Translations under genes and position numbers: made by a program
DNA from: Candidatus Poribacteria bacterium
GTDB lineage: Bacteria; Poribacteria; WGA-4E; WGA-3G
DNA length: 64,000 nucleotides
Reading direction: 5' to 3'
NCBI GenBank assembly: GCA_022824265.1
Contig: JAJEAG010000090.1
Span: forward strand, 15,573 to 79,572
Notes under the pieces: model-generated
What the model saw: the letters and a program-made list of their open reading frames with translations, nothing else
Database searches by the model: none
What the model was told of the DNA's origin: nothing
Shown here: one piece after another, positions 18,687 through 28,686 of the stretch
Numbering within the stretch: position 1 is the stretch's first letter
Layout: every line of letters starts with the position of its first letter

Positions 18687-20087
18687 ATGAAAATCTATAA
18701 GTTTCTTGTATATATTACTGTTTTATTTTTATTGCTCTTTGTTAATATCACATCCAATGCTGAAGTATTTCATATTCCCGCAGATAAACCAACAATTCAA
18801 GCAGGTATTGATGTAGCAAAAGATGGGGATACTGTTTTAGTCGCTAATGGAGTATACAAAGGTGAAGGAAACGTCAATATAGATTTCAAAGGTAAAAACA
18901 TTACCGTTAAGTCACAGAATGGTCCTGAAGCCACAACAGTCCACTGTTTATCTGAACCGAATACCCGTGGGTTTATCTTCCAGAATGGAGAAACCAACGA
19001 TGCTGTGTTAGATGGATTTACAATAAGATATGGCATCCATGATAATGGTGGAGGAATATACTGTAATAATGGATCACCGACGATTAAAAATTGTGTAATA
19101 GAATGGAACAGAACTGTTAAAACCGACAATGTTAATGGCCGAGGTGGTGGAATTTATTGTTTTAATTCTGATGCGAAGATAATCGATTCTATAATCTCAC
19201 ACAATAGTGCAGAATCTGCTTATGGCGGCGGTGTCTACTTTGATGGGGACTCTATTATAGACGGTGTTTTCGTACGTGAGACCGTCAGTGAACCTTCCCT
19301 TCTGCGTTGTACTATTTCTGACAATACTGGCAGTGGAGTTCATGTCCACTCCTTTGTACTACCCCAATTAAAAAATTCCAAAATATTACATAATAGTTGG
19401 GGTGGCATAGTATGTGCTTTTTTTAACACAAACGGAACAAACATTACACATTGCGAAATTGCACAAAACACTGGTGCTGGTGTTTCAGCGCGGGAGTATT
19501 CTATCCTGAACATCACTGATTCTATCATTAAGCAAAATATTGCCAAAGAGGGTGGCGGGATAAACTGCGGTCCAACAGCATCGATTTATGTCTCGGAATG
19601 TGTTATCACAGAAAATATAGCAACGAAGTTTGGTGGTGGAATCAACATCGATTCAACCAGAGGTGAAGCAAAAATCTCATATTGTACAATTACTCAGAAT
19701 ACAGCAAGTGAGAAAGGTGGCGGAATTTATGTTTGGAGTCAAACCTCTTTTTCATTAACTAACTCAATTGTATGGGGTAATAACACTGAAGTCAGTCATG
19801 ACGATGCTTTTATTCAACAAGATTTGTTTGCCAATATTACCGTCATAAATTGCTGCATTAAAAATAGAATTCAAGACATAGCATTAATATTTCAATGGGA
19901 TATAGCAAATATTCAAGGAAACATCCATGAAGATCCACTTTTTGTTGATGCTGAAGGTGGTGACTATAGACTTAAACCTGACAGTCCTGCTTTAGCAATG
20001 GGTGCGTATTCGACATTTGACGAAATTGTAAGTGTCACTTCAGTTGGGAAAAAGGTTGTTTTGTGGGCAGAACTGAAACAAAATTAA
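18687..20087 (+). CDS. Secreted right-handed parallel beta-helix repeat protein, paralog 3
   Basis: Same architecture; tail VSVTSVGKKVVLWAELK. Confidence 0.85.
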   Translation: MKIYKFLVYITVLFLLLFVNITSNAEVFHIPADKPTIQAGIDVAKDGDTVLVANGVYKGEGNVNIDFKGKNITVKSQNGPEATTVHCLSEPNTRGFIFQNGETNDAVLDGFTIRYGIHDNGGGIYCNNGSPTIKNCVIEWNRTVKTDNVNGRGGGIYCFNSDAKIIDSIISHNSAESAYGGGVYFDGDSIIDGVFVRETVSEPSLLRCTISDNTGSGVHVHSFVLPQLKNSKILHNSWGGIVCAFFNTNGTNITHCEIAQNTGAGVSAREYSILNITDSIIKQNIAKEGGGINCGPTASIYVSECVITENIATKFGGGINIDSTRGEAKISYCTITQNTASEKGGGIYVWSQTSFSLTNSIVWGNNTEVSHDDAFIQQDLFANITVINCCIKNRIQDIALIFQWDIANIQGNIHEDPLFVDAEGGDYRLKPDSPALAMGAYSTFDEIVSVTSVGKKVVLWAELKQN

Positions 20088-20135
20088 TTTTCACACATAT
20101 CAAGTATGGTTGCATTTAATGACCATGATTTCATG

Positions 20136-20164
20136 TTGCAACATTCAGGAAATGAAGGTATAAT
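20136..20164 (+). promoter_or_regulatory. Sigma70-type promoter for lysS and downstream genes
   Basis: TTGCAA-N17-TATAAT; AGGAGG RBS before ATG 20200. Confidence 0.65.
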
Positions 20165-20199
20165 TAATATGTTTACAAGGAAGAAAGGAGGGTAGACAC

Positions 20200-21672
20200 A
20201 TGGAAGAGACAAATGACTTAATGCGGCAACGCAAGGAAAAACTGAGTGAAATACGAAAAGCAGGTATAGACCCCTATCCACATCAATATGCCCCTACCCA
20301 TACAACAGAAAACATCCGCGTAGAATTTGAAGAAGTCACTGAAACTCCAGATGAAACCAACCGTGTCACTGTCGCTGGCAGGATTATGACCAAACGCGAT
20401 CATGGCAAAAGTAGTTTCACACATTTACAAGATAGCACTGGTCAAATTCAAACTTATGTCCGTCGAGATGACATAGGTGCAGAATCTTATCTGGTTTATC
20501 GTCGGTTTGATGTAGGAGATATTATCGGTGTAAGTGGTGTTGTTTTCCGTACGCGTACAGGAGAATTAACCATCCTTGCTGACTCCGTTGAACTACTCTC
20601 CAAATCTATCAGACCACTTCCCGAAAAATGGCACGGTTTACAAGACAAGCAGACTCGATACAGACAACGTTATGCAGATCTTATTATGAACCCCGATGTC
20701 AAAGAGGTCTTCGTCAAACGAACACAAATTGTCCAAGCCATTCGGGATATGTTAAACGAACAGGAATTTATTGAAGTAGAAACCCCTGTCCTTCAACCAA
20801 TATACGGTGGTGCAAGCGCACGACCATTTACCACATATCATAATACATTAGACCAACCTTTATATCTTCGTATTGCCAATGAGCTTTACCTAAAACGGCT
20901 TATTGTTGGGGGGTTTGATCGGGTCTACGAGTTTTCACGTGATTTTCGTAATGAAGGTATGGATAGAGATCATAACCCGGAATTTACCATGCTTGAACTC
21001 TATCAGGCTTATGCAGATTACTTGGAGATTATGGAGTTGACAGAAAATCTAATTGCTAAAACTGTAGAAAACATACACGAAACGACTAAAATATCATATC
21101 AAGACCAAGAAATAGATTTTACTCCTCCGTGGCGAAGAATGACAATGATTGAGTCTATTCAAGAACATACTAACATTGATCCTGAAACTCTATCTGAACA
21201 TGAAATTTCTACAAAAGCAAAAAGTGCTGGGATTGAATTGGATGGAGACGAATCAATTGGAGAAATTATCGCTGAAATATTTGACGCACTTGTAGAATCA
21301 AAACTTATTCAACCGACTATAATCTACGATTATCCTATTGAAGTATCACCCTTTGCAAAAAAGAAACCAGAGAATCCGGAACTTGTAGAAAGGTTTGAAT
21401 TTTTTATTTGTGGAATGGAAGTTGGTAATGCGTTTAGTGAACTCAACGACCCAATTGACCAACGACAACGTTTTATGGAACAAGCAAGCAATTTAGCAAA
21501 AGGTGATGAGGAAGCCTTCATGGTTGACGAAGATTATTTACGCGCTTTGGAATACGGAATGCCACCCACAGGTGGACTTGGAATAGGAATTGACAGATTG
21601 ACAATGCTGTTGACAGACCAATATTCAATCCGAGATGTAATCCTGTTTCCACAGATGCGACCAGAAAATTGA
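20200..21672 (+). CDS. lysS: Lysine--tRNA ligase (class II)
   Basis: PLPEKWHGL, RYRQRYADL, YLRIANELYLKRLIVGG, FRNEG, HNPEFTMLE and GMPPTGGLGIGIDRL. Confidence 0.98.
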   Translation: MEETNDLMRQRKEKLSEIRKAGIDPYPHQYAPTHTTENIRVEFEEVTETPDETNRVTVAGRIMTKRDHGKSSFTHLQDSTGQIQTYVRRDDIGAESYLVYRRFDVGDIIGVSGVVFRTRTGELTILADSVELLSKSIRPLPEKWHGLQDKQTRYRQRYADLIMNPDVKEVFVKRTQIVQAIRDMLNEQEFIEVETPVLQPIYGGASARPFTTYHNTLDQPLYLRIANELYLKRLIVGGFDRVYEFSRDFRNEGMDRDHNPEFTMLELYQAYADYLEIMELTENLIAKTVENIHETTKISYQDQEIDFTPPWRRMTMIESIQEHTNIDPETLSEHEISTKAKSAGIELDGDESIGEIIAEIFDALVESKLIQPTIIYDYPIEVSPFAKKKPENPELVERFEFFICGMEVGNAFSELNDPIDQRQRFMEQASNLAKGDEEAFMVDEDYLRALEYGMPPTGGLGIGIDRLTMLLTDQYSIRDVILFPQMRPEN

Positions 21673-21673
21673 T

Positions 21674-22237
21674 ATGATCACTGCCCCAATACTCCACACA
21701 GAAAGGCTGATACTCCGCTCATTTACACATGAGGATGCTCCAGAGGTACAACGTCTTGCCGGTGATAAGGACATTGCCGCAATGACGTGTGCAATACCTC
21801 ATCCTTATGAAGATGGGATGGCTGAGAAGTGGATTGACACTCATGTCAATGACTTTGAAAATGGCACAGGAATCAACCTTGCAATCGTACTAAAAGAAAA
21901 TGATAAAGTAAGTAAGCCAGTTTTAATTGGAGCTATCAGCATCAGCATAGATAAAATTGAGAAAATAGGTGAACTCGGATATTGGATCGGTAAACCATAT
22001 TGGAATTGTGGGTATTGTACCGAAGCTGCCAAAGTAATCCTAAGTTATGCTTTTGACGTTATAAAACTAAGGAGTATTCACGCATTCCATATTGGCAGAA
22101 ACACCGCATCAGGCAGAGTCCTACAAAAGATCGGCATGCAATTTGAAGAGTGTTTTCATAAACAGGTAGAAAAGTGGGGTGTGCTTGAAGATTTAGTTAA
22201 ATACAACATAAAAAATGAACAAAATATTCAAAATTGA
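21674..22237 (+). CDS. GNAT family N-acetyltransferase (RimJ/RimL-like)
   Basis: TERLILR, ELGYWIGKPYWNCGY.TEA and N.ASGRVLQKIGM. Confidence 0.9.
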   Translation: MITAPILHTERLILRSFTHEDAPEVQRLAGDKDIAAMTCAIPHPYEDGMAEKWIDTHVNDFENGTGINLAIVLKENDKVSKPVLIGAISISIDKIEKIGELGYWIGKPYWNCGYCTEAAKVILSYAFDVIKLRSIHAFHIGRNTASGRVLQKIGMQFEECFHKQVEKWGVLEDLVKYNIKNEQNIQN

Positions 22238-22302
22238 TAAAAATATAATAATGCTTCAGCAAATCGCATTGATTAAATACTTAATAAAAAGCATAAATAA
22301 AA

Positions 22303-23766
22303 ATGAAATTTGAATGGTTCGTAGCAACCCGCTATCTGTTATCTCGACGCAAACAGTCCTTTATTTCAATTATTAGCATTATCTCAATTGTTGGTGTTGG
22401 TCTCGGTGTTGCAACTGTTATTTTAGTCATCGCAGTTCTTGATGGCGTAGAACATGGTCTGAGAGATAGATTTCTTGCAAATGAAGCACATATCGCTCTA
22501 AGATTGGTAGGCAATAGTTTTTTTGGTAACTATCAAGATAGAATTGAACGAATTACCGATGTCGAGGGAGTTGTTGCTGCTTCTCCTGTGGTCTATTCGC
22601 AAATGGGGGTGTTTCAGACTGGCAACGAAGGAATTACGGATACCATTTATGTCAAGGGAATTGACATTTCGCAGGAAGATAAAGTAACCGGTTTTTCTCA
22701 ATTTGTCAACGGTTCCATAGATTTTCAATCCTCCCCATTAATTGCTGAAGCAGAACTCAGGGAAGGTGAAACAATTACCGGTGGAATAGTACTAGGATCA
22801 CGTTTAGCACAACGGCATGGGCTGACAAGAGGAGATGTTTTACGACTTGTCGTAAAATTGGTGGAAGATCCTGGAAGTTCTGGTTCTCCGATGCTATTAG
22901 TTGATTTTTCTAATTTTGTCGTTATTGGAGTTTACGAATCTGAACTTGCAGTTTATGACAACCGTATCGGCTTTATTGATTATAAAACCGCACAAAAACT
23001 ATATAATCAAGTTGGAAACGTAAATGTCATCTTAGTTAGATTAGAAGATGCTGAAATGGCACCTACTCTAAGTCCCATCCTTGAGGAAGCAGCGTTTTCG
23101 TTTTTGGAAATGCCTATTTCGACAACGTGGTTAGAAACGCATTCTGCTCTGTTCGCTGCATTGAAAATGGAAAAAGTGGCAACAGTTATAATCGAAGCAC
23201 TTATTATATTAGTGGCAGCATTTAATATCGCAAGCACACTCATCATGACAGTTATGGAAAAAACACGAGATGTAGGAACACTCCGAACGCTCGGAGCAAC
23301 ACGCGGAAACATAATGCGAATTTTCATTATACAAGGCACTGTAATTGGTATGTTAGGAACAATTGCTGGAACAGTATTGGGGCTTGGACTCTGTTGGTTA
23401 CTGAGCACAAACATAATTCGACCTTCTCCATGGATTGCAATAGCAACTATTGTGATACTTATTCTCTGTCAAATCATAATTGCATTCCGCCGTCTAATTC
23501 CTTTCCCAAAAGCATTAAAGATTAGTATGGCAATCTTTTGGACAATTACTGTGTGTTTTGTGTTATATTGTCTCGTGAAACCAATTTCTCTTAAAGAATT
23601 AGGTTTCAGCGAAATATACCAGATGAATCAACTTCCAATAAAAGTAAATTGGTTCTTTGTAGGTTTCATAAACCTACTTTCATTATTTATCTGTTGGTTA
23701 GCAACAATATACCCAGCACTGCAAGCATCCAAACTAAATCCAATTGAGGCTCTGCAGTATGAATAA
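22303..23766 (+). CDS. Lipoprotein-releasing ABC transporter permease (LolC/E family)
   Basis: FVATRYLLSRRKQSFIS, VAAFNIASTLIMTVMEKTRD and YPALQASKLNPIEAL; adjacent to lolD. Confidence 0.9.
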   Translation: MKFEWFVATRYLLSRRKQSFISIISIISIVGVGLGVATVILVIAVLDGVEHGLRDRFLANEAHIALRLVGNSFFGNYQDRIERITDVEGVVAASPVVYSQMGVFQTGNEGITDTIYVKGIDISQEDKVTGFSQFVNGSIDFQSSPLIAEAELREGETITGGIVLGSRLAQRHGLTRGDVLRLVVKLVEDPGSSGSPMLLVDFSNFVVIGVYESELAVYDNRIGFIDYKTAQKLYNQVGNVNVILVRLEDAEMAPTLSPILEEAAFSFLEMPISTTWLETHSALFAALKMEKVATVIIEALIILVAAFNIASTLIMTVMEKTRDVGTLRTLGATRGNIMRIFIIQGTVIGMLGTIAGTVLGLGLCWLLSTNIIRPSPWIAIATIVILILCQIIIAFRRLIPFPKALKISMAIFWTITVCFVLYCLVKPISLKELGFSEIYQMNQLPIKVNWFFVGFINLLSLFICWLATIYPALQASKLNPIEALQYE

Positions 23767-23817
23767 TTACTGAATTGCAATCCTATATGTAGTTATGTTA
23801 TCTTATGTAAAAAACCG

Positions 23818-24525
23818 ATGGAAAATTTAATTAGAATTGACAATTTACATAAATCATTTTATGATGGTGACGCAGAACTGAAAGTGCTAAAAGGTGTTAA
23901 CCTTGATATCCACAAATCGGAGATTCTTACGATAATGGGAGCATCAGGGGTTGGAAAAAGCACTCTGTTGCATCTCATCGGGACACTTGATCGTCCAACT
24001 GATGGAAATATCTTTTACGAAGACCAAGACATTACCGCTTTTTCTGATATAGAACTCGCTCGATTCAGAAACGATGCAATCGGTTTTGTATTTCAGTTTC
24101 ACCAATTATTACCAGAATTCACCGCATTAGAAAATGTTGCAATGGCACGAATAATCAGACAATCAAAGAAAAACAAAACTGATAACGAAACTACGTTAGA
24201 CCGTAAAGACGCATACGAAACAGCAGAACATCTTCTGGATAGTGTTGGTTTATCCGAACGCTTATCCCATTTTCCAAGCCAATTATCCGGTGGAGAGCGA
24301 CAGCGCGTTGCAATTGCTCGCGCACTGATAAATCAACCAAAAGTCGTGCTTGCTGATGAACCTACAGGAAACATTGACGACAAAACAAGCGAAGCAGTTC
24401 TTGATGTACTAAATGATGTAAATGAACGATTGAACCAGACTTTTATTATTGTTACACACGATTCTCGTATTTCTGAGCGCGCAAAACGAACAGTTCACAT
24501 CGTAGATGGAAGAATAGCAGAATAA
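23818..24525 (+). CDS. lolD: Lipoprotein-releasing ABC transporter ATPase
   Basis: GASGVGKST, GFVFQFHQLLPEFTALENV, LSGGERQRVAIARAL and ADEPTGN. Confidence 0.88.
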   Translation: MENLIRIDNLHKSFYDGDAELKVLKGVNLDIHKSEILTIMGASGVGKSTLLHLIGTLDRPTDGNIFYEDQDITAFSDIELARFRNDAIGFVFQFHQLLPEFTALENVAMARIIRQSKKNKTDNETTLDRKDAYETAEHLLDSVGLSERLSHFPSQLSGGERQRVAIARALINQPKVVLADEPTGNIDDKTSEAVLDVLNDVNERLNQTFIIVTHDSRISERAKRTVHIVDGRIAE

Positions 24526-24556
24526 CAACTTATTTGTAGACAGGAAGGGATAGATA

Positions 24557-25438
24557 ATGTTGATATATATTGACGGAGAGTTTCTACCTTACGCAGATGC
24601 AAAAATATCAGTGTTTGACCACGGATTACTATACGGTGATGGTGTCTTTGAAGGAATCCGATGCTATAACGGGTATGTCTTCAAACTTGACGAACACTTA
24701 GAAAGACTATATGATTCAGCTAAATCACTTATGCTGCAAGTCCCAATCCCAATTGAAACACTGAAGCAAGATGTACTTGAAACTCTACGGCAAAATCAAC
24801 TCCGTGAAGGATATATACGACTGATCGTCACCCGGGGAATCGGTGATTTAGGACTTGATCCTGAAAAATGTCCAAATCCATCAGTCATTATTATTGCGGA
24901 TAAAATCTCACTATATCCACAACATTATTATGATAACGGTTTAGAAATCGTCACGGTCTCAGTACGACGCAATTATCCTGAGGCAATAAACCCACGCGTT
25001 AAATCACTAAATTATCTCAACAATATTCTTGCGAAAATTGAAGCAAAACAATCAGGCGCAGTTGAAGCACTAATGCTAAATAACAATGGATATGTTGTGG
25101 AGTGTAGTGGAGATAATATATTTTTGGTCAAGAATGAGGTAATCATAACTCCACCGCCTCACATCGGTATTTTGGAGGGTGTCACACGGAACAGCGTCAT
25201 CACCCTCGCACAAGAAGCTGGATTTCAAGTCGATGAACGGGTGTTTACACGACATGATATATATATTGCTGATGAGTGTTTCCTTACAGGTACTGCAGCG
25301 GAAGTCATACCTGTTGTAAAACTTGACCAACGTGTTATCGGAACTGGTGAACCCGGTAAAGTTACACAGAAACTTATTGCAGCATTCCGTCATCTTGCAA
25401 ACAATTTTGGTACATCTATCTATCCTGAAAATACTTGA
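24557..25438 (+). CDS. ilvE: Branched-chain amino acid aminotransferase
   Basis: FDHGLLYGDGVFEGIR, KSLNYLNN, ILEGVTR and FLTGTAAEVIPV. Confidence 0.92.
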   Translation: MLIYIDGEFLPYADAKISVFDHGLLYGDGVFEGIRCYNGYVFKLDEHLERLYDSAKSLMLQVPIPIETLKQDVLETLRQNQLREGYIRLIVTRGIGDLGLDPEKCPNPSVIIIADKISLYPQHYYDNGLEIVTVSVRRNYPEAINPRVKSLNYLNNILAKIEAKQSGAVEALMLNNNGYVVECSGDNIFLVKNEVIITPPPHIGILEGVTRNSVITLAQEAGFQVDERVFTRHDIYIADECFLTGTAAEVIPVVKLDQRVIGTGEPGKVTQKLIAAFRHLANNFGTSIYPENT

Positions 25439-25498
25439 AATACATTAATCCTATAAATCATACGGCGCACCGAACATAGAATAAGGAGAAAACCTGAC

Positions 25499-27928
25499 AT
25501 GTATTTACGCAATAAATCAGCACTTAAAGTATATATAAGTATAATCTGTTTTCATATATTATTTTTTACTTCGCATACAAACGTATTTTCAGATGAATCT
25601 AAGGATGATATATTTGGACCAAAACCTGCAGGAGAAATACAGACTACTGAAGAAAGTCAGACAGATTCATCTATTGACGAAACATTTATCGTCAAAAAAA
25701 TAGAGTTCAAAGGAGTCAAAAATCTCCAAGAAGAGATGCTGCAAACACTAATTCAAACACAAGTCGGTCAAGAAATATCTGACGAACTGATTTCAAAAGA
25801 CATTGAAAACCTATATAAAGATACAGGATTTTTCTTTGATATAGCAGTTGATGTTGTTGGTGTAGATAGTGGAGGGTTTCAGGTAACGTACCTCCTTGAG
25901 GAAAGTCCAAAAATTGAAGGAATTAACATCATAGGAAATGATGAATTAGACACCGGAAAAATAATGGATAGGGTGATGTTAAGACGTTCAGAAACATTCA
26001 GTGATTTTCTACGTTGGCAAAGCGAACGCGCAATACAAAAATTATACCACGAAAAAGGCTATTACCTCGTAAGTATACAAGTACATCTTGACAAAAACGA
26101 AGAAGATAATACAACCCAAGTAACATTTGAGATAAATGAAGGACCACGTATCAGAATCGCAGAAATCAACTTCATAGGAAACGAGCAAGTTGATGCAAAA
26201 AAATTACGCAAAAGTATGAAAACAAGGGTCGGGAAACACTTTGATGAGATTCTATTTGAAGAGGAAGATTTAAGTCTAAACCTAAGAAATTACTACGAGG
26301 ACTTAGGCTTTGCACAAATAAAGATTAAAGAACATACAAAACGATTCACTGAAGACAAAACCGGGTTGATGCTTGATATTACTGTTGACGAAGGGGAAAA
26401 GTTTGTAGTCGGACATTATACTGTTGAACTTGAAACAGGTGAGAAAGTTGTTTTTTCTCAACAGAAAATCCTAAATATGATAGATCCCGCTGAAGGAGAA
26501 ATCTTCAACAGAGACATCTTTGAAGAATCAATTAACGAATTACGCCAGAAATATCTTGATAAAGGCTATCTCCTCGCTGATGTTATTCCGATCCCATTAT
26601 TTGATGAACAGACTGCATCTGTTAACATAACCTTGAAAATCAACCAAGGTGACGTTATAATTATTGACAATGTTCCTATCAGAGGTTTAGCAAAAACAAA
26701 GGAACCAGTAATTAGACGTGAACTTGATTATCTGAATATCAAGTCAGACGAACTCCTTGATGTAAAAGTGCTACGCAAAGCAAGACAACGTCTTTTTCAA
26801 ATGGGTCCTTTTATTCGCGCAGTAGATTTCGTTCCAAGCGATACGAATAACGACAGCAGAAAAAATCTTGTCGTCAATATAGCCGAATCTCCCACTACTG
26901 GTACACTGAGTGTAGGTGGTGGATATGGAAGTGAAGGTGGTATTTTCGGGTCAGCAGAAATTGGACAACACAACCTTTTTGGACAGGCTTATCGTGTACA
27001 CCTAAAAGGTGAACTGGGAACACGAGACCATCATACTGCTGAAGCAAGTTTTGGAACACCATGGATAATGGGGACACCCACGCGGTTGAACGCACGCCTA
27101 TACAACAATAGACGCTTTCGACGATACTACGGCACTATAGGAGCTTTACAGGAACAAGACTATCTTAGAGACAGATATGTGTGGGATACACGAGGAGGAT
27201 CAATTTCTCTCGGACGACCAATTGCTTTTGATATTGACCTATCAGTCCGATTTCGTAATGAACTCGTTAAAGCAAGAACACAAGAAGAAAACCTATTTAA
27301 TCGATCTACACGCAGTATTCTTTTCGCTGTAGGACGCGATACACGAGATTATAGAACCTCACTCTACGACCCAATGGGCGGTAGTTCAAATAGTATTTCC
27401 TATGAATATTCTGGAGGAATCTTAGGCGCAGACAATCAGTTTCAGAAATATACTGCCGATTCAAGTTGGTTTGTCAATCCTTGGTGGAACCACGTCTTCG
27501 CTGTACATGCACGCGCAGGATATATGCAAAGTAGAATCACTGATAGGAGAGAACTATTCTATGAGAGATTTTATCTGGGAGGTGTAGATACAGTCAGGGG
27601 ATATGAGGACTGGGAAATATATCCCGATCCTGATGAATCAGGTATTCCAAATCCATTTGGTGGCAACAAAGTGTTTTTCAGTAATTTCGAGTACCGTATT
27701 CCTGTCTCCCCGCAACTCACAACTGCAGTATTTTTTGATATTGGTCAAGTGTGGGATGAAACAACCAAAAACCCATTTAACCAAATCAACCTAAAACGTG
27801 GTGCTGGTGTAGAAGCACGATTACAGATGTTAGGGATGTTAGCACGGTTTGGATGGGGGTACGCATTTGATCGCCAAAATAGAAATCCACAAGGAAGATT
27901 CTATTTTACTATCGGTCCTGGTTTTTAA
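25499..27928 (+). CDS. bamA: Outer membrane protein assembly factor BamA
   Basis: POTRA repeats, FYLGG..TVRGY and C-terminal FYFTIGPGF; bamA-skp-lpxD gene order. Confidence 0.92.
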   Translation: MYLRNKSALKVYISIICFHILFFTSHTNVFSDESKDDIFGPKPAGEIQTTEESQTDSSIDETFIVKKIEFKGVKNLQEEMLQTLIQTQVGQEISDELISKDIENLYKDTGFFFDIAVDVVGVDSGGFQVTYLLEESPKIEGINIIGNDELDTGKIMDRVMLRRSETFSDFLRWQSERAIQKLYHEKGYYLVSIQVHLDKNEEDNTTQVTFEINEGPRIRIAEINFIGNEQVDAKKLRKSMKTRVGKHFDEILFEEEDLSLNLRNYYEDLGFAQIKIKEHTKRFTEDKTGLMLDITVDEGEKFVVGHYTVELETGEKVVFSQQKILNMIDPAEGEIFNRDIFEESINELRQKYLDKGYLLADVIPIPLFDEQTASVNITLKINQGDVIIIDNVPIRGLAKTKEPVIRRELDYLNIKSDELLDVKVLRKARQRLFQMGPFIRAVDFVPSDTNNDSRKNLVVNIAESPTTGTLSVGGGYGSEGGIFGSAEIGQHNLFGQAYRVHLKGELGTRDHHTAEASFGTPWIMGTPTRLNARLYNNRRFRRYYGTIGALQEQDYLRDRYVWDTRGGSISLGRPIAFDIDLSVRFRNELVKARTQEENLFNRSTRSILFAVGRDTRDYRTSLYDPMGGSSNSISYEYSGGILGADNQFQKYTADSSWFVNPWWNHVFAVHARAGYMQSRITDRRELFYERFYLGGVDTVRGYEDWEIYPDPDESGIPNPFGGNKVFFSNFEYRIPVSPQLTTAVFFDIGQVWDETTKNPFNQINLKRGAGVEARLQMLGMLARFGWGYAFDRQNRNPQGRFYFTIGPGF

Positions 27929-28017
27929 TTCACTGCAATTATAATATCTTATATATCACTATTTTTAGATATACAACCTTAATCAGTTTTATTTTCTATT
28001 CACGAAAAGGATAAATT

Positions 28018-28584
28018 ATGAAGAAACTTCTGATTTTTATATTACCATTGATGCTGTTCAGTTTCCTATCAGGCAGTATCGGACAAGAAGCATTGAAAAT
28101 AGGTGTCGTAGATACACAACGTGTGTTAGTAAATTATAGCAAGGCTATTGAGGTAGATAACCAACTAAAAGCAGCAGAAAAACGTTGGAAAGACAAACTT
28201 AATGACATCCGTGAAGAAATCAGCACGAAGCAAGAGAAAAAAGAGAAGACAGAACTATTTGTTGAAGAGGCGCAAACTGCTAAGTTAGAAAACGAAATAC
28301 AACAACTACAGCAGCAATACCAACAAGAATTCAATCAAGGTAGAGATGCTCTTTTAGAAAAGAACCAAGAATGGATGACACCTATCTTTAAAGAATTACA
28401 GGATCTCATAATCAAGGTCGGAAAAGAAGAAAATTATGATCTTATTATCGACAAACAAGCTGTATTTTATTTGAATGAGAAATACGATATGTCAGAAAAT
28501 CTGATTAAGTTAATTAATGAAGGTGCTAAAAAAGAAGAGGATATTGAGCAAACAGATGCTGAGATCCCTACGCAACAAGAATAA
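28018..28584 (+). CDS. skp: Periplasmic chaperone Skp/OmpH
   Basis: Signal peptide, KIGVVD, coiled coil and YDLIID; lies between bamA and lpxD. Confidence 0.9.
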   Translation: MKKLLIFILPLMLFSFLSGSIGQEALKIGVVDTQRVLVNYSKAIEVDNQLKAAEKRWKDKLNDIREEISTKQEKKEKTELFVEEAQTAKLENEIQQLQQQYQQEFNQGRDALLEKNQEWMTPIFKELQDLIIKVGKEENYDLIIDKQAVFYLNEKYDMSENLIKLINEGAKKEEDIEQTDAEIPTQQE

Positions 28585-28686
28585 TCATGGAAATTAACTC
28601 TGTTATTCTCCCTATACATTTTAGTATTACCAGACGATTAATTTCTATAATTGGTTTTGATGCAACTCACTATAACGAGGTAACCT

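Noticed and set aside
15855-20087. Diversity-generating retroelement or autotransporter explanation for the paralog array
   Set aside because: There is no reverse transcriptase or adenine-specific template/variable repeat pair, and the proteins lack a C-terminal beta-barrel.
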